Source: Minisyncoccota bacterium (GTDB lineage: Bacteria; Patescibacteriota; Minisyncoccia; Phycocordibacterales; UBA9973). From it: a stretch of 64,000 nucleotides of DNA. The notes below the pieces were generated by a model. The model did not search any database, had not been told where the DNA came from, and saw only the letters and a list, made by a program, of their open reading frames with translations. Shown here piece after piece: positions 9,967 through 19,068 of the stretch; the stretch's first letter is position 1, and every line of letters starts with the position of its first letter. Both the position numbers and the translations under genes were made by a program. Location of the stretch: contig JAGOUR010000004.1 of NCBI GenBank assembly GCA_018061145.1, positions 10,625-74,624 of the forward strand. The letters run 5' to 3'.

Positions 9967-12769
9967 TTACTTTTATCTTTTTTGTTAATGGGTCGAAATT
10001 CACAGGCACATCATCATGATTTGAGAATGATGAATTTGAACATGCTACTCTAAATGTTGTAGAACCAGGGTCCGCAACAGTGACTGCATATCCAGCATCT
10101 GGCGGAATAGCACTGTTATCCATCTGTGCAGGTTGATTAGAAGCCACAGAAACACCCTTTGTATGATTAGAGATAGCACATGAAGTTGCATCTGTAGATG
10201 TCCAATATATTCTTACATTTTCTCCAATTTTTGCACTTACAGGTAGAGCCCATGCAGTTACTGTGGGTGTTGGTAACACTACATTAATACGCACAGTTAC
10301 AGGGACAGTAATCCCATCCAGACCAACACAAGACAGTGTATATGGTTGGTTATTCCCTAGTGTGTTTAAAGTCAAATTAGCAACACCACTAGTAGCACCC
10401 CCAATGATAGTAAATGGTGCAGTATTCCAAGCTGGCCCAGGAGAAGCAGGAGAGCAAGAACTCGCTCCTGTTACATTCCAAACAAGGCGACTAGGTGAAC
10501 CAACTGCTACAGTAGCAGAAATTGTACCGACAGATCCAACTCCGAATCCTACAACTGCTGGGGTAGGAGGCACAACACTTATAGTCAAAGGACTCGTAAC
10601 GCTTGATCCCGTAGAATTAAAACATTCAAGTAGATATGATTCACCAGTTCCAGCTACTGAGATAGGAAGAGCACTACTTGATACTCGATTTGCAGTTGCA
10701 GCTGATCTTGTAACCAATTTTGTATTTGTTGTCGTATTCCAGACATCACAACCAGCACTTGCATTTGTAGATGCCCAATATAATCCTGTATTTCTGTTTG
10801 TTGAGGGTACAGAATTATTTAAAGCAGTAGTTTTCAATCCCGCACCAGGACCAAATGAAGGAGGAGCGGTGACACCAACTGTGACGTCTACAGTCTTAGT
10901 AACTGTATTGATACCATTAGTACAAGACAGCTGATATTTGGAATTTGCCGTTACAGTATCTAAATCATTACCAATAGCAGGAAGACCACTACTTACAGAA
11001 GAGTAAGTCGGACTAATCCTGTCTAATTTACAAGATGAAACATACACCGCAGTCCAATAAAACCCAGAAACACCAGACGAAGCTGTAAATGAAGGAGGTG
11101 TAGCTGTGAATGATGTGATAGATGGCATAGGAATTGCATTCAGACCAGTAACAGGCACAAACACTGATGCAGTAGCAGTCTCTCTTGTGGCATTGTTTGT
11201 ACAAGTGATTATATATTCTGCATCCGCTGGACCAGCAGTCACATATTGGCTCTTTGCTGTATAAGTAGGAGATACATATGGGTTGCTACTGCCGTATTTA
11301 CCATAAACGATAGATGGCGGAGTCTTTATATATCCAAAACCCCATATATTCAAGAAATCATAAGCACCTGTAGTGTACACACCTGAAACCCTCTTCATAC
11401 CATTACAAGACACTCCTCCAGAATATTGGAAGTTCGTCATATTCCAAGTTAATAAAACTTGGTTTGCTGAAGTTTGAGTAGTAGATCCAGAAGGTAGGGC
11501 GACGGCACTCACAGGAGTAGTGTTATTAGATGGGACAGTAGCAGTAGCTGTTATAGTCATAGCTGGCTTTGCTATTGTAATAGTGACACTCTTTGAAGAG
11601 ACTAGATCTGGTCTAGCTCCTACGCAAGTGATGACATAAGTCACATCAGAATTGCCATCATAAGTTACTGCCTTTGTGCCTGACACAGGAGTGACAGAGG
11701 AATTACCAGTCCAGATAGTACCGGTCCACACAGGATCAGAAACGTCAGAACCATTTATCACCTTCTTTGCTGTACAAGAATTTGAGTGCTTTGCAGTCCA
11801 AGATAATGTAATTGGATTCTTTACCGGAAGATTGGATTGGAAATAATAAGGAACCTGAGGTGTACTAGAAGCAAGAGTAATTTCTGGAGCAAATCCTACT
11901 ATAATAGAGGCAGAGGCAGTTTGATTTGTCAGACTATTGCGACAGTTAATACTATATGTAGTTGTGTAAGGCTGATCTTTAAGATCGTAATATCTAGAAT
12001 CAGAAACTGCAGCAGTGTTGGTAACATTCCAAGTATTCCAAGTTGTATTTGGAGAAACTACTCCATCTACGGTCTTTGATCTGTTACAAGTAAGGGCTGT
12101 GCCCCCAGGAGCAGGAGTAGCAGAATATGATATCAAAACGCGTGAAGCCTCAGCATTAGCCAAACTCAATGTTTGTTTATTTGCAGTTAGATTAATAGTG
12201 AGCGCAGGAGACCAACTCGGTGGTCCAACAGACACATCACTCATATCTATCCAACCGATAAGATCACTACCCCATGCATAAGAATTTGCTAGCATCTTTC
12301 TTGATCCACTAACAGCAGAACCAGTATTTAATCCATTCAAGTCTATAAAACCAGAAAATCCAGCAGCAGAAGTAGATCCATTGCCAGACAAAACTTTTGC
12401 AAAACCATAGAATGTATACTTATCACCTAAACCTGCTCCACTATATATCACACGAGGAGCACACACAGAAGCTGAAGTTCCACCCGGGCAGGAAGAGAGG
12501 TTTGGATCAAATCGAACCCAGCCAACATTGTCACTCCATGCATAACCATCTAATTTATTTTGATCATTCAAAATAACTTTATAGGCAGTAGAATTACTAG
12601 GACCACAGGTAGATGTAGACAAACAGTTAAATGTGATCCATCCGATATTACCAGACCAGGCGCTACCATACATATCAGACAGAGCAGAAGCAGTATGAGC
12701 AAAAGAGAATATACCAAATACTGCCACCAGAGTGATACTTATATTTAAAATGTATTTTTTAATATTCAT
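9956..12769 (-). CDS. Large (937 aa) secreted surface protein with N-terminal aromatic-Gly-Trp repeats and Thr/Ser-rich, probably Ig-like, C-terminal domains
   Basis: Signal peptide (MNIKKYILNISITLVAVFGIFSFAHTASA). Repeats AWSGNIGWITFN, AWSDNVGWVRFD, AWGSDLIGWIDMS at roughly 42-aa spacing. Long beta-rich T/S/N regions follow. Confidence 0.55.
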   Translation of the reverse strand: MNIKKYILNISITLVAVFGIFSFAHTASALSDMYGSAWSGNIGWITFNCLSTSTCGPSNSTAYKVILNDQNKLDGYAWSDNVGWVRFDPNLSSCPGGTSASVCAPRVIYSGAGLGDKYTFYGFAKVLSGNGSTSAAGFSGFIDLNGLNTGSAVSGSRKMLANSYAWGSDLIGWIDMSDVSVGPPSWSPALTINLTANKQTLSLANAEASRVLISYSATPAPGGTALTCNRSKTVDGVVSPNTTWNTWNVTNTAAVSDSRYYDLKDQPYTTTYSINCRNSLTNQTASASIIVGFAPEITLASSTPQVPYYFQSNLPVKNPITLSWTAKHSNSCTAKKVINGSDVSDPVWTGTIWTGNSSVTPVSGTKAVTYDGNSDVTYVITCVGARPDLVSSKSVTITIAKPAMTITATATVPSNNTTPVSAVALPSGSTTQTSANQVLLTWNMTNFQYSGGVSCNGMKRVSGVYTTGAYDFLNIWGFGYIKTPPSIVYGKYGSSNPYVSPTYTAKSQYVTAGPADAEYIITCTNNATRETATASVFVPVTGLNAIPMPSITSFTATPPSFTASSGVSGFYWTAVYVSSCKLDRISPTYSSVSSGLPAIGNDLDTVTANSKYQLSCTNGINTVTKTVDVTVGVTAPPSFGPGAGLKTTALNNSVPSTNRNTGLYWASTNASAGCDVWNTTTNTKLVTRSAATANRVSSSALPISVAGTGESYLLECFNSTGSSVTSPLTISVVPPTPAVVGFGVGSVGTISATVAVGSPSRLVWNVTGASSCSPASPGPAWNTAPFTIIGGATSGVANLTLNTLGNNQPYTLSCVGLDGITVPVTVRINVVLPTPTVTAWALPVSAKIGENVRIYWTSTDATSCAISNHTKGVSVASNQPAQMDNSAIPPDAGYAVTVADPGSTTFRVACSNSSFSNHDDVPVNFDPLTKKIKVIER

Positions 12770-12771
12770 AA

Positions 12772-13089
12772 TTATTGATATAGACTTTTGATAATTTCGG
12801 CTTCACGAGCTTTTGCTTCTTTTGGTGGGAGTGTATGACCTGGAGCTTTTAGCGCTTCATCCATCGCATTTATACGATCTTCTTCGGTGAGATTTATTTT
12901 TACCGCATCTTCGGCTGCAGTATTTATCATCTCTTGTATTTTTTCTTCTTCTGTCGGAGGTATTAGAGAAGCTTTGTATTTTTTATAAAAAAAGACACCG
13001 AGTAGCACTAGAACAATTAATAATATTAATATAATAATATTTTTTTTCTGAGAGAAAAAATTTTGTGAAACTTTTTTTATGTCAATCAT
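12772..13089 (-). CDS. Small membrane-anchored protein, first gene of the secreted-protein operon
   Basis: One TM helix (IIILILLIVLVLLGVFFY). Its stop is 2 nt from the start of the 937-aa gene, suggesting translational coupling. Confidence 0.4.
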   Translation of the reverse strand: MIDIKKVSQNFFSQKKNIIILILLIVLVLLGVFFYKKYKASLIPPTEEEKIQEMINTAAEDAVKINLTEEDRINAMDEALKAPGHTLPPKEAKAREAEIIKSLYQ

Positions 13090-13135
13090 TGTATTTTTAT
13101 TATATCACGCATGCAAAGTATCACAACACAAAATC

Positions 13136-13164
13136 TTGCTTTTCTGTGGAAAAGTTGGTATTAT
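13136..13164 (+). promoter_or_regulatory. Sigma-70-type promoter for the nusA transcript
   Basis: TTGCTT (13136-13141), a 17-nt spacer, then TATTAT (13159-13164). Confidence 0.45.
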
Positions 13165-13176
13165 ATTTATACAAAT

Positions 13177-13200
13177 GTCCGTCTCGAACCGGACTTTTTT
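13177..13200 (+). promoter_or_regulatory. Leader hairpin plus T6 immediately downstream of the predicted TSS (attenuator-like)
   Basis: gtccg-tctcgaac-cggac followed by tttttt. Confidence 0.3.
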
Positions 13201-13389
13201 AGTAAAATAATGAGCCGTAGGCGAATATATTTTATTTATGCAAAACAAGGAGCATCGCGACTATGTTTTGCGCTAGTAAAATAAGGAGCTACGTGTGAAC
13301 ATATTTTATTTATTCAAAATAGGGAGCGAAGCGACCATATTTTGTATTTTAGCAAAATTAAATAGAAGGCATAAATATTTTTTCATGCC
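13201..13389 (+). repeat. Tandem repeat of a ~75-bp unit, about 2.5 copies, in the nusA 5' leader
   Basis: Unit 1 is 13201-13275 and unit 2 is 13276-13350 (agtaaaataaKgagc...atattttatttatKcaaaa.a.ggagc..gcgac.at.ttttg), with a partial third unit. Each half-unit carries a GGAG element. Confidence 0.6.
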
Positions 13390-13402
13390 GGACAATAAAT
13401 AA

Positions 13403-14590
13403 ATGATTGATATAAAAACAATGAAATCAGCCCTCGAACAACTCGAGACTGAGAGAAAAATACCAAAGGACAAGATACTCGATGCTATCGAGCAGGCTCT
13501 TGCTGCTGCCTACAAGAAAGAATATGGCAAAAAAGGCCAGATAATCCGTAACAAATTTGACCTAGAAAATGGGGAAATGAGTTTTTACCAAGTAAAAATC
13601 GCAGTAGACGAGACTATAGTATATATTCCAAAGAATATTGAGGGTGAAGAGGAGGAAGAATTAGCTGACGATGACGAACGCACACGATTCAACGAGGAGC
13701 ATCACATCATGATAGACGATGCCCGCAAGATAAAAAGTGATGTTCAGCTAGAAGAAGAATTGATTTTTCCACTAGAAACACATGAAGATTATGGACGTAT
13801 TGCTGCTCAGACAGCAAAACAAGTGATAATCCAGAAGATCCGTGAAGCAGAGAGAGCATCTATTATAGATGAATACGGAGCAAAAGAGGGTGAAATCATC
13901 AATGGTTTCATACAAAAGGTAGAGAGAGGTGTAGTTTACATCGAATTCAACCGTGCAACAGGCATAATGCTACCTGAAGAACAGATCCCAGGGGAGTTTT
14001 ACAAGCGTGGAGACAGAATCCGTGCGTACCTATATGCAGTCGAGGAGACTCCAAGAGGTATAAATCTAAAGCTTTCTCGTACACATCCTCAATTTATCGA
14101 AGGATTGTTCGCAGTTGAAGCCCCAGAAATAGCAGGTGGCACAGTAGAGATAAAGTCTATAGCCCGTGAAGCTGGTAGTCGCTCAAAGATCGCAGTTTAC
14201 TCAAATGACGACCATATCGACCCAGTAGGATCATGCGTAGGCCAAAAAGGTATCCGTGTAACTACAGTTATGAGTGAATTGGCAGGTGAAAAGATAGATA
14301 TCATCCCATGGTCAGCTGATCCAAAGGAATATGTGGTCAGTGCTCTTTCTCCAGCAAAAGTCCTAAATATTACAGTAAATGAAGGCGATCACAAGGCTAC
14401 AGTAGACGTAGCAGCAGATCAGTTATCTCTAGCTATCGGTAAAGGTGGTCAAAATGTACGCCTTGCAGCAAAGCTCACAGGATGGAGAATCGATATCAAT
14501 GGTACAGAGGCTACACCAGAGGCAAGTACAGATGATATAATAGACGAAGAATCTATCGATGACGGTATCGTCGACGATGGAACAAATTAA
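13403..14590 (+). CDS. nusA: Transcription termination/antitermination factor NusA
   Basis: NusA N-terminal domain, S1 and two KH domains (GxxG: IGKGGQNVRLAAKLTGWRIDI). Acidic C-terminal tail. Confidence 0.9.
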   Translation: MIDIKTMKSALEQLETERKIPKDKILDAIEQALAAAYKKEYGKKGQIIRNKFDLENGEMSFYQVKIAVDETIVYIPKNIEGEEEEELADDDERTRFNEEHHIMIDDARKIKSDVQLEEELIFPLETHEDYGRIAAQTAKQVIIQKIREAERASIIDEYGAKEGEIINGFIQKVERGVVYIEFNRATGIMLPEEQIPGEFYKRGDRIRAYLYAVEETPRGINLKLSRTHPQFIEGLFAVEAPEIAGGTVEIKSIAREAGSRSKIAVYSNDDHIDPVGSCVGQKGIRVTTVMSELAGEKIDIIPWSADPKEYVVSALSPAKVLNITVNEGDHKATVDVAADQLSLAIGKGGQNVRLAAKLTGWRIDINGTEATPEASTDDIIDEESIDDGIVDDGTN

Positions 14591-14680
14591 TTAGCACGCT
14601 AGTAACTAGGTTCTAGGGACTAGCAAAGTTATAAATCATTAATACTAGCAACTAGAACCTAGTTACTAGAAACTAATCCT

Positions 14681-15265
14681 ATGGCAAATATCAACCAAAA
14701 ACCTAGTAAATTCATGTATAACCTATTGCACGTGCTACCAGCATTTGCAAACGAAGAAAAGGGTGTAATCAATGCAATTATCGAAGTATCAGCAGGATCT
14801 ATCAATAAATACGAGATGATCACAGAAAGTGGCCAATTAAAGCTTGATCGCGTAGGATACTCGTCTCTAGCATACCCATTTACATACGGAGCTATCCCTA
14901 TGACTTGGGATTATGATGGTGATCCACTAGACGTAGAGATTGTGAACATCACAGAGCCTCTAGTGCCAGGATCACTAGTAGAAGCAAGAGTAATCGGTGT
15001 CATGAAATTCGTAGATGGTGGTGAGGTAGACGACAAGATCATTGCAGTACTAGCTGACGATCGTCGCTCAGACCACATCAAGACAGTAGAAGATCTAGGT
15101 GAATACTTTAAAACAGAGACTAAATATTTCTGGGAAAACATAAAATACCTAAAGAAACCAGGCACAGGAGTAGTAGAGACATTTTATGGACCAGAGGAAG
15201 CAATCAAGGTCCTAAAAGAATGTGAAGAGAAATACGCAAAAGAATACGCTCCAAAACTGGACTAA
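14681..15265 (+). CDS. ppa: Inorganic pyrophosphatase (family I)
   Basis: DGDPLDV and ADDRRSDHIK-type motifs of family I PPase. Confidence 0.85.
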   Translation: MANINQKPSKFMYNLLHVLPAFANEEKGVINAIIEVSAGSINKYEMITESGQLKLDRVGYSSLAYPFTYGAIPMTWDYDGDPLDVEIVNITEPLVPGSLVEARVIGVMKFVDGGEVDDKIIAVLADDRRSDHIKTVEDLGEYFKTETKYFWENIKYLKKPGTGVVETFYGPEEAIKVLKECEEKYAKEYAPKLD

Positions 15266-15273
15266 TACATATA

Positions 15274-15306
15274 AAACACCCCTATTTACAGGGGTGTTTT
15301 ATTGTT
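15274..15306 (+). terminator. Rho-independent terminator after ppa
   Basis: aacacccc-tatttac-aggggtgtt then ttattgttttt. Confidence 0.65.
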
Positions 15307-15354
15307 TTTGACAAAATACAAATTAATGCTATTCTAAAGAAAAAACCCAAAACC

Positions 15355-16212
15355 ATGAGACAATTAAAAATTTCAAAGCAATTCACAAATAGGGATGCCA
15401 GATCTCTTGATGTATTTTTCAACGAAATGAGCAAGACACCACGCCTTAGCTGTGAGGAGGAGATATCTCTAACACAAAGGATAAGAGATGGAGATCACGT
15501 AGCCCTAGAAAAACTAGTGACCTCAAATCTGAGGTTTGTAGTATCGGTAGCAAAACAATACCAAAACCAAGGATTATCATTGGGAGACTTGATAAATGAA
15601 GGTAGTATCGGACTAACCAAGGCGGCCCAAAAATTTGACGAGACCCGTGGATTTAAATTTATATCTTATGCAGTATGGTGGATCAGGCAATCAATAATCG
15701 CGGCTATAGTGAATAGCGCCAAAATGATTCGTCAACCATTAAACAAAGTTGTTCTGGGTAATAAAATAAATGCAAAAACGGGACAGCTTGGGCAAGAATT
15801 AGGGAGAGAACCTAGCGACGAAGAGATTATGGAATATTTAGACATAGATAAAGAAAGTTTTAACCATTATTTAGAAAGCGCAAAACATCTATCTCTAGAT
15901 TCCCCTATCAGCGAAGAAGGCGATATCACTATTTTAGACACCATCGATAATCAAGAAGAGAGCCCTGACTCAATCTTAATGAAAGAATCTCTTAGTATTG
16001 AATTAAAAAGAGTTATAAATAAATCATTAAACGAAAAAGAGAAAGAGGTTTTAATCTATTATTATGGATTGGACGGCAATGCCCCACTAAGATTAGAAGA
16101 CATAGCCAAAAGAATGAAAATCACCAGGGAGGGTGTACGCCAGATAAAAGAAAGGTCTCTTAGAAAATTGGGTAAACATACTTACCGAAAAAAATTAATC
16201 TCATATTTATGA
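15355..16212 (+). CDS. rpoD: RNA polymerase sigma-70 family factor (compact primary-like sigma with regions 2-4)
   Basis: Region 2 (LRFVVSVAKQY, YAVWWIRQSI), region 3, and region 4 HTH (LRLEDIAKRMKITREGVRQIKERSLRKL). Confidence 0.8.
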   Translation: MRQLKISKQFTNRDARSLDVFFNEMSKTPRLSCEEEISLTQRIRDGDHVALEKLVTSNLRFVVSVAKQYQNQGLSLGDLINEGSIGLTKAAQKFDETRGFKFISYAVWWIRQSIIAAIVNSAKMIRQPLNKVVLGNKINAKTGQLGQELGREPSDEEIMEYLDIDKESFNHYLESAKHLSLDSPISEEGDITILDTIDNQEESPDSILMKESLSIELKRVINKSLNEKEKEVLIYYYGLDGNAPLRLEDIAKRMKITREGVRQIKERSLRKLGKHTYRKKLISYL

Positions 16213-16217
16213 GAATA

Positions 16218-16255
16218 AAGCCTCTGCAATTAATAACTGCAGAGGCTTTTTTGAC
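16218..16255 (+). terminator. Rho-independent terminator after the sigma factor gene
   Basis: agcctctgca-attaataac-tgcagaggct followed by tttttt. Confidence 0.7.
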
Positions 16256-16289
16256 AAAAAGGTGTTATTTATATAGACTGTGAACACAT

Positions 16290-17351
16290 ATGATCAAAAC
16301 AACAGTAACAAAATTAGAAAAAAGTGAAGTAGAAATCACTGGAATTATAGAGAGTGCAGTATTTATGTCCTATGAGGACAAGGCCCTAGCACACCTAGGA
16401 GAGAGAATAGAATTACCAGGTTTTCGCCCAGGTAAAGCTCCTGCTGAGATAATAAAGCAAAATATCAACGATATGATGCTATTAGAGGAGATGGCAGAGC
16501 GTGCAATCACTGCATCATATGCAGAGATAATCGAACAGGAAAAGATCGATGCTATCGGTCGCCCAGAGATCAGTATTACAAAGATTGCTCGTGGTTCTGA
16601 CCTTGAATTCAAGATCAAAACAGCAGTTCTACCAGAGATAAAGCTCCCAGACTACAAGAAAATAGCAAAAGAAGAGAATGCAAAGGAAGATTATAAGAAG
16701 GAGGTCGTGATAGAAGAGGCAGATATCGAAAAGACGCTACTCGATCTACGTAAAATGCGTGCTCACCAAGATCTTCATAAGAATGATGAACCAGGTACAC
16801 CCCACACAGAACACCCAGAGCCAGAAGAAAAAGATCTACCTGTGATCGATGACGAATTTGCAAAATCAATCGGTAAATTTGAAAATGTAGCAGAATTAAA
16901 GGCAAAAATTGCAGAAAACCTAAAGACAGAAAAGGAAACTGACCAAAAAGACAAGCGCCGTCTAGCTATAATCGAGAAACTATTGGAACAGACAGAGGGT
17001 GAACTACCTGAAATTCTAGTAAATGCAGAATCAGACAAGCTGATGTACCGCCTAGAAGCAGATGTGACTCAGATGGGATTCAAATTCGATGAATATTTGA
17101 CTCAAGTAGGAAAAACAGAGGCTGATTTGAGAAATGAATGGAAGCCCGAGGCTGAAAAGCGTGCAAAACTAGCTATGGTCATACACCGCTTGATGGAATT
17201 GGAAAATCTAAGACCAAGCGATGAAGAAGTTCAAAAAGAAGTAGACGTATTGGTAAATATGTATAAAGATGCGGATCCAATCCGTGCTCGTGCATATGTA
17301 GAACAGATGATCGGTAATGAAAAAGTATTTTCTTTCCTAGAAAATCAATAA
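16290..17351 (+). CDS. tig: Trigger factor, short form apparently lacking the PPIase domain
   Basis: Ribosome-binding signature GFRPGKAP. The N-domain links directly to a C-terminal arm domain. At 353 aa it is about 80 aa shorter than canonical TF. clpP is downstream, as in the tig-clpP arrangement. Confidence 0.7.
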   Translation: MIKTTVTKLEKSEVEITGIIESAVFMSYEDKALAHLGERIELPGFRPGKAPAEIIKQNINDMMLLEEMAERAITASYAEIIEQEKIDAIGRPEISITKIARGSDLEFKIKTAVLPEIKLPDYKKIAKEENAKEDYKKEVVIEEADIEKTLLDLRKMRAHQDLHKNDEPGTPHTEHPEPEEKDLPVIDDEFAKSIGKFENVAELKAKIAENLKTEKETDQKDKRRLAIIEKLLEQTEGELPEILVNAESDKLMYRLEADVTQMGFKFDEYLTQVGKTEADLRNEWKPEAEKRAKLAMVIHRLMELENLRPSDEEVQKEVDVLVNMYKDADPIRARAYVEQMIGNEKVFSFLENQ

Positions 17352-17379
17352 AGATTTGTTTCTAGTGACTAGAAAGAAA

Positions 17380-17412
17380 AAAGACCGGAGCGTAAACGCT
17401 TCGGTCTTTTTC
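17380..17412. terminator. Bidirectional terminator between tig (+) and the lipoprotein gene (-)
   Basis: gaccggagcg-taaa-cgcttcggtc with flanking A-run and T-run. Confidence 0.65.
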
Positions 17413-17430
17413 ATTTGTTTGCCTAATTTT

Positions 17431-18102
17431 TTACTTAGTTAGGTCTAATTTGTGAATGACAGCATTTGCTGTATCCACTTTAAATTCGATAGTATCCTTG
17501 TACTTTAAATTTCCAAGATCCAAATCAAATTTAAATTTTTCTGGTAAAGAATTGTAATCGAATTGGTCAAAATAAGAGTAAGGTAGCTCGGAGTATCTAT
17601 CAAAACCACTCTTACCCAGAGTCTTACCATAAAAATGGGTCACCAAGAATGTAGATTCAATGTATTTTGGATATCCGTCAACTTTTGCCAACTTGCCATC
17701 CTCGTACATAACCACTATGGCATTACCATTACCACCAATACCTGCTGGACCTTGATTGTAATCCCAACCACAGTTTACGTCCAACTTTTTAAGAATAGCT
17801 TCATCATTGCAACGGATCTCGTGCTTATCGTTGCCATCTTTGTCACGGACGTCCACATAAGGACCATAACTAAGATAGTAGCAAAATACCCATCCGGTGA
17901 ATCTAGCGCCTCCAACAATGATTGTTTCGAACATCTGCAGTTTCACTGGAGGCTGAGGAGATACTACAACTACCGCCTGTTTTGGGGGAGGTGTTGTCTT
18001 GTAACCACAAGTTAGACACTCCTTTTGACAAGAACTCGATGCAAAGATAAATGCAAAGATCATCGCTATCGAAATAGCGGAAAAGAAAAAGTTATTTTTC
18101 AT
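17431..18102 (-). CDS. Secreted protein or lipoprotein, hypothetical
   Basis: Signal peptide ending FASSSCQKEC (lipobox-like SSC). No recognisable domain. Confidence 0.4.
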   Translation of the reverse strand: MKNNFFFSAISIAMIFAFIFASSSCQKECLTCGYKTTPPPKQAVVVVSPQPPVKLQMFETIIVGGARFTGWVFCYYLSYGPYVDVRDKDGNDKHEIRCNDEAILKKLDVNCGWDYNQGPAGIGGNGNAIVVMYEDGKLAKVDGYPKYIESTFLVTHFYGKTLGKSGFDRYSELPYSYFDQFDYNSLPEKFKFDLDLGNLKYKDTIEFKVDTANAVIHKLDLTK

Positions 18103-18157
18103 TTTGTTTTTATTTAATTTTGCTCATATTATATCATATTTGAACCCTATTTGTCAA

Positions 18158-18228
18158 CCCCGTTAGAAGCAGGTCGCCCCAAGGTGACCGTAGCACTCGC
18201 ATGCTAGCGAGGGCGGCTTCTAACGGGG
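18158..18228. repeat. 71-bp element with perfect 13-bp terminal inverted repeats ccccgttagaagc / gcttctaacgggg (a member of the CCCGTTAGA family)
   Basis: Both arms read directly from the sequence. GC-rich interior. Confidence 0.6.
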
Positions 18229-18239
18229 TCAATGGGGTA

Positions 18240-18335
18240 AATCCCCCCTCCCATTAGCCAAGGGGAGGATTGAGGAGGGGTGAATAATTTTAGCACCCCC
18301 TCTCAGTCTCCCCCTTAGCAAAGGGGGAGAGGAAA
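18240..18335. repeat. GC-rich double-hairpin element (copy 1), REP/MITE-like
   Basis: Hairpins cctccc-attagccaag-gggagg and ctccccc-ttagcaaa-gggggag. About 85% identical to the copy at 61670..61762. Confidence 0.6.
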
Positions 18336-18439
18336 TCAAACCTACGGGTACTCCTCAAGAGGATAATTATCTGTTATACTAACCCTACAATTACCAATAA
18401 TTCCCTAGTCACTAGCAACTAGTCACTAGAACCTAATCC

Positions 18440-19024
18440 ATGTTAATCCCAACAGTTATAGAGAAGACAATGAATGGTGAACGAGCATATGATATATACT
18501 CTCGCCTTTTGAATGAACGCATTATTTTCCTAGCGGGTCCAATCGATGACCACATGGCCAATCTGGTCATAGCCCAGCTACTATATCTAGAGCATACTGA
18601 TAATAAGAAGGATATCTCACTATATATCAATTCCCCTGGTGGTTCTGTGACTGCGGGACTGGCTATCATCGATACTATGAATTTTATAAAGAGTGACGTA
18701 TCTACTATCTGCGTAGGTATCGCCGCATCTATGGGAGCACTAATCCTATCTGCAGGTGAAAAAGGTAAAAGATTTACTCTACCGAACTCTGAGGTTATGA
18801 TCCACCAAGTGATGGGAGGAGCCGAGGGTCAAGCCAGTGATATCGCGATAAATGCAAAGCATATACTACGAAGCAAGGATACATTGAACAAAATCCTAGC
18901 AAAAAATACAGGCAAGAAGTTTGAAGAAGTAGAAAAAGATGCAGATCGCGACTACTGGATGAATGCAGATGAAGCCAAGAAATACGGCATCATCGACCAG
19001 ATAATCACAAAAGTAAAAAAGTAA
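18440..19024 (+). CDS. clpP: ATP-dependent Clp protease proteolytic subunit
   Basis: Catalytic triad context [12 protein letters not shown] and DRD. Typical ClpP length. Confidence 0.95.
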   Translation: MLIPTVIEKTMNGERAYDIYSRLLNERIIFLAGPIDDHMANLVIAQLLYLEHTDNKKDISLYINSPGGSVTAGLAIIDTMNFIKSDVSTICVGIAASMGALILSAGEKGKRFTLPNSEVMIHQVMGGAEGQASDIAINAKHILRSKDTLNKILAKNTGKKFEEVEKDADRDYWMNADEAKKYGIIDQIITKVKK

Positions 19025-19032
19025 AACAAAAA

Positions 19033-19068
19033 AAATCTGCCCAAGGCTCGAGCCTTGGGCAGATTTTT
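19033..19068. terminator. Bidirectional terminator between clpP and the P-type ATPase gene
   Basis: aaatctgcccaaggctc / gagccttgggcagattt perfect 17-bp stem with flanking A-run and T-run. Confidence 0.75.

Noticed and set aside
18181-18215. Possible CIRCE (HrcA operator) upstream of clpP: tagcactcgcatgctagcgag
   Set aside because: The first half matches TTAGCACTC, but the second half is not its reverse complement (GAGTGCTAA), so it is not a CIRCE element.
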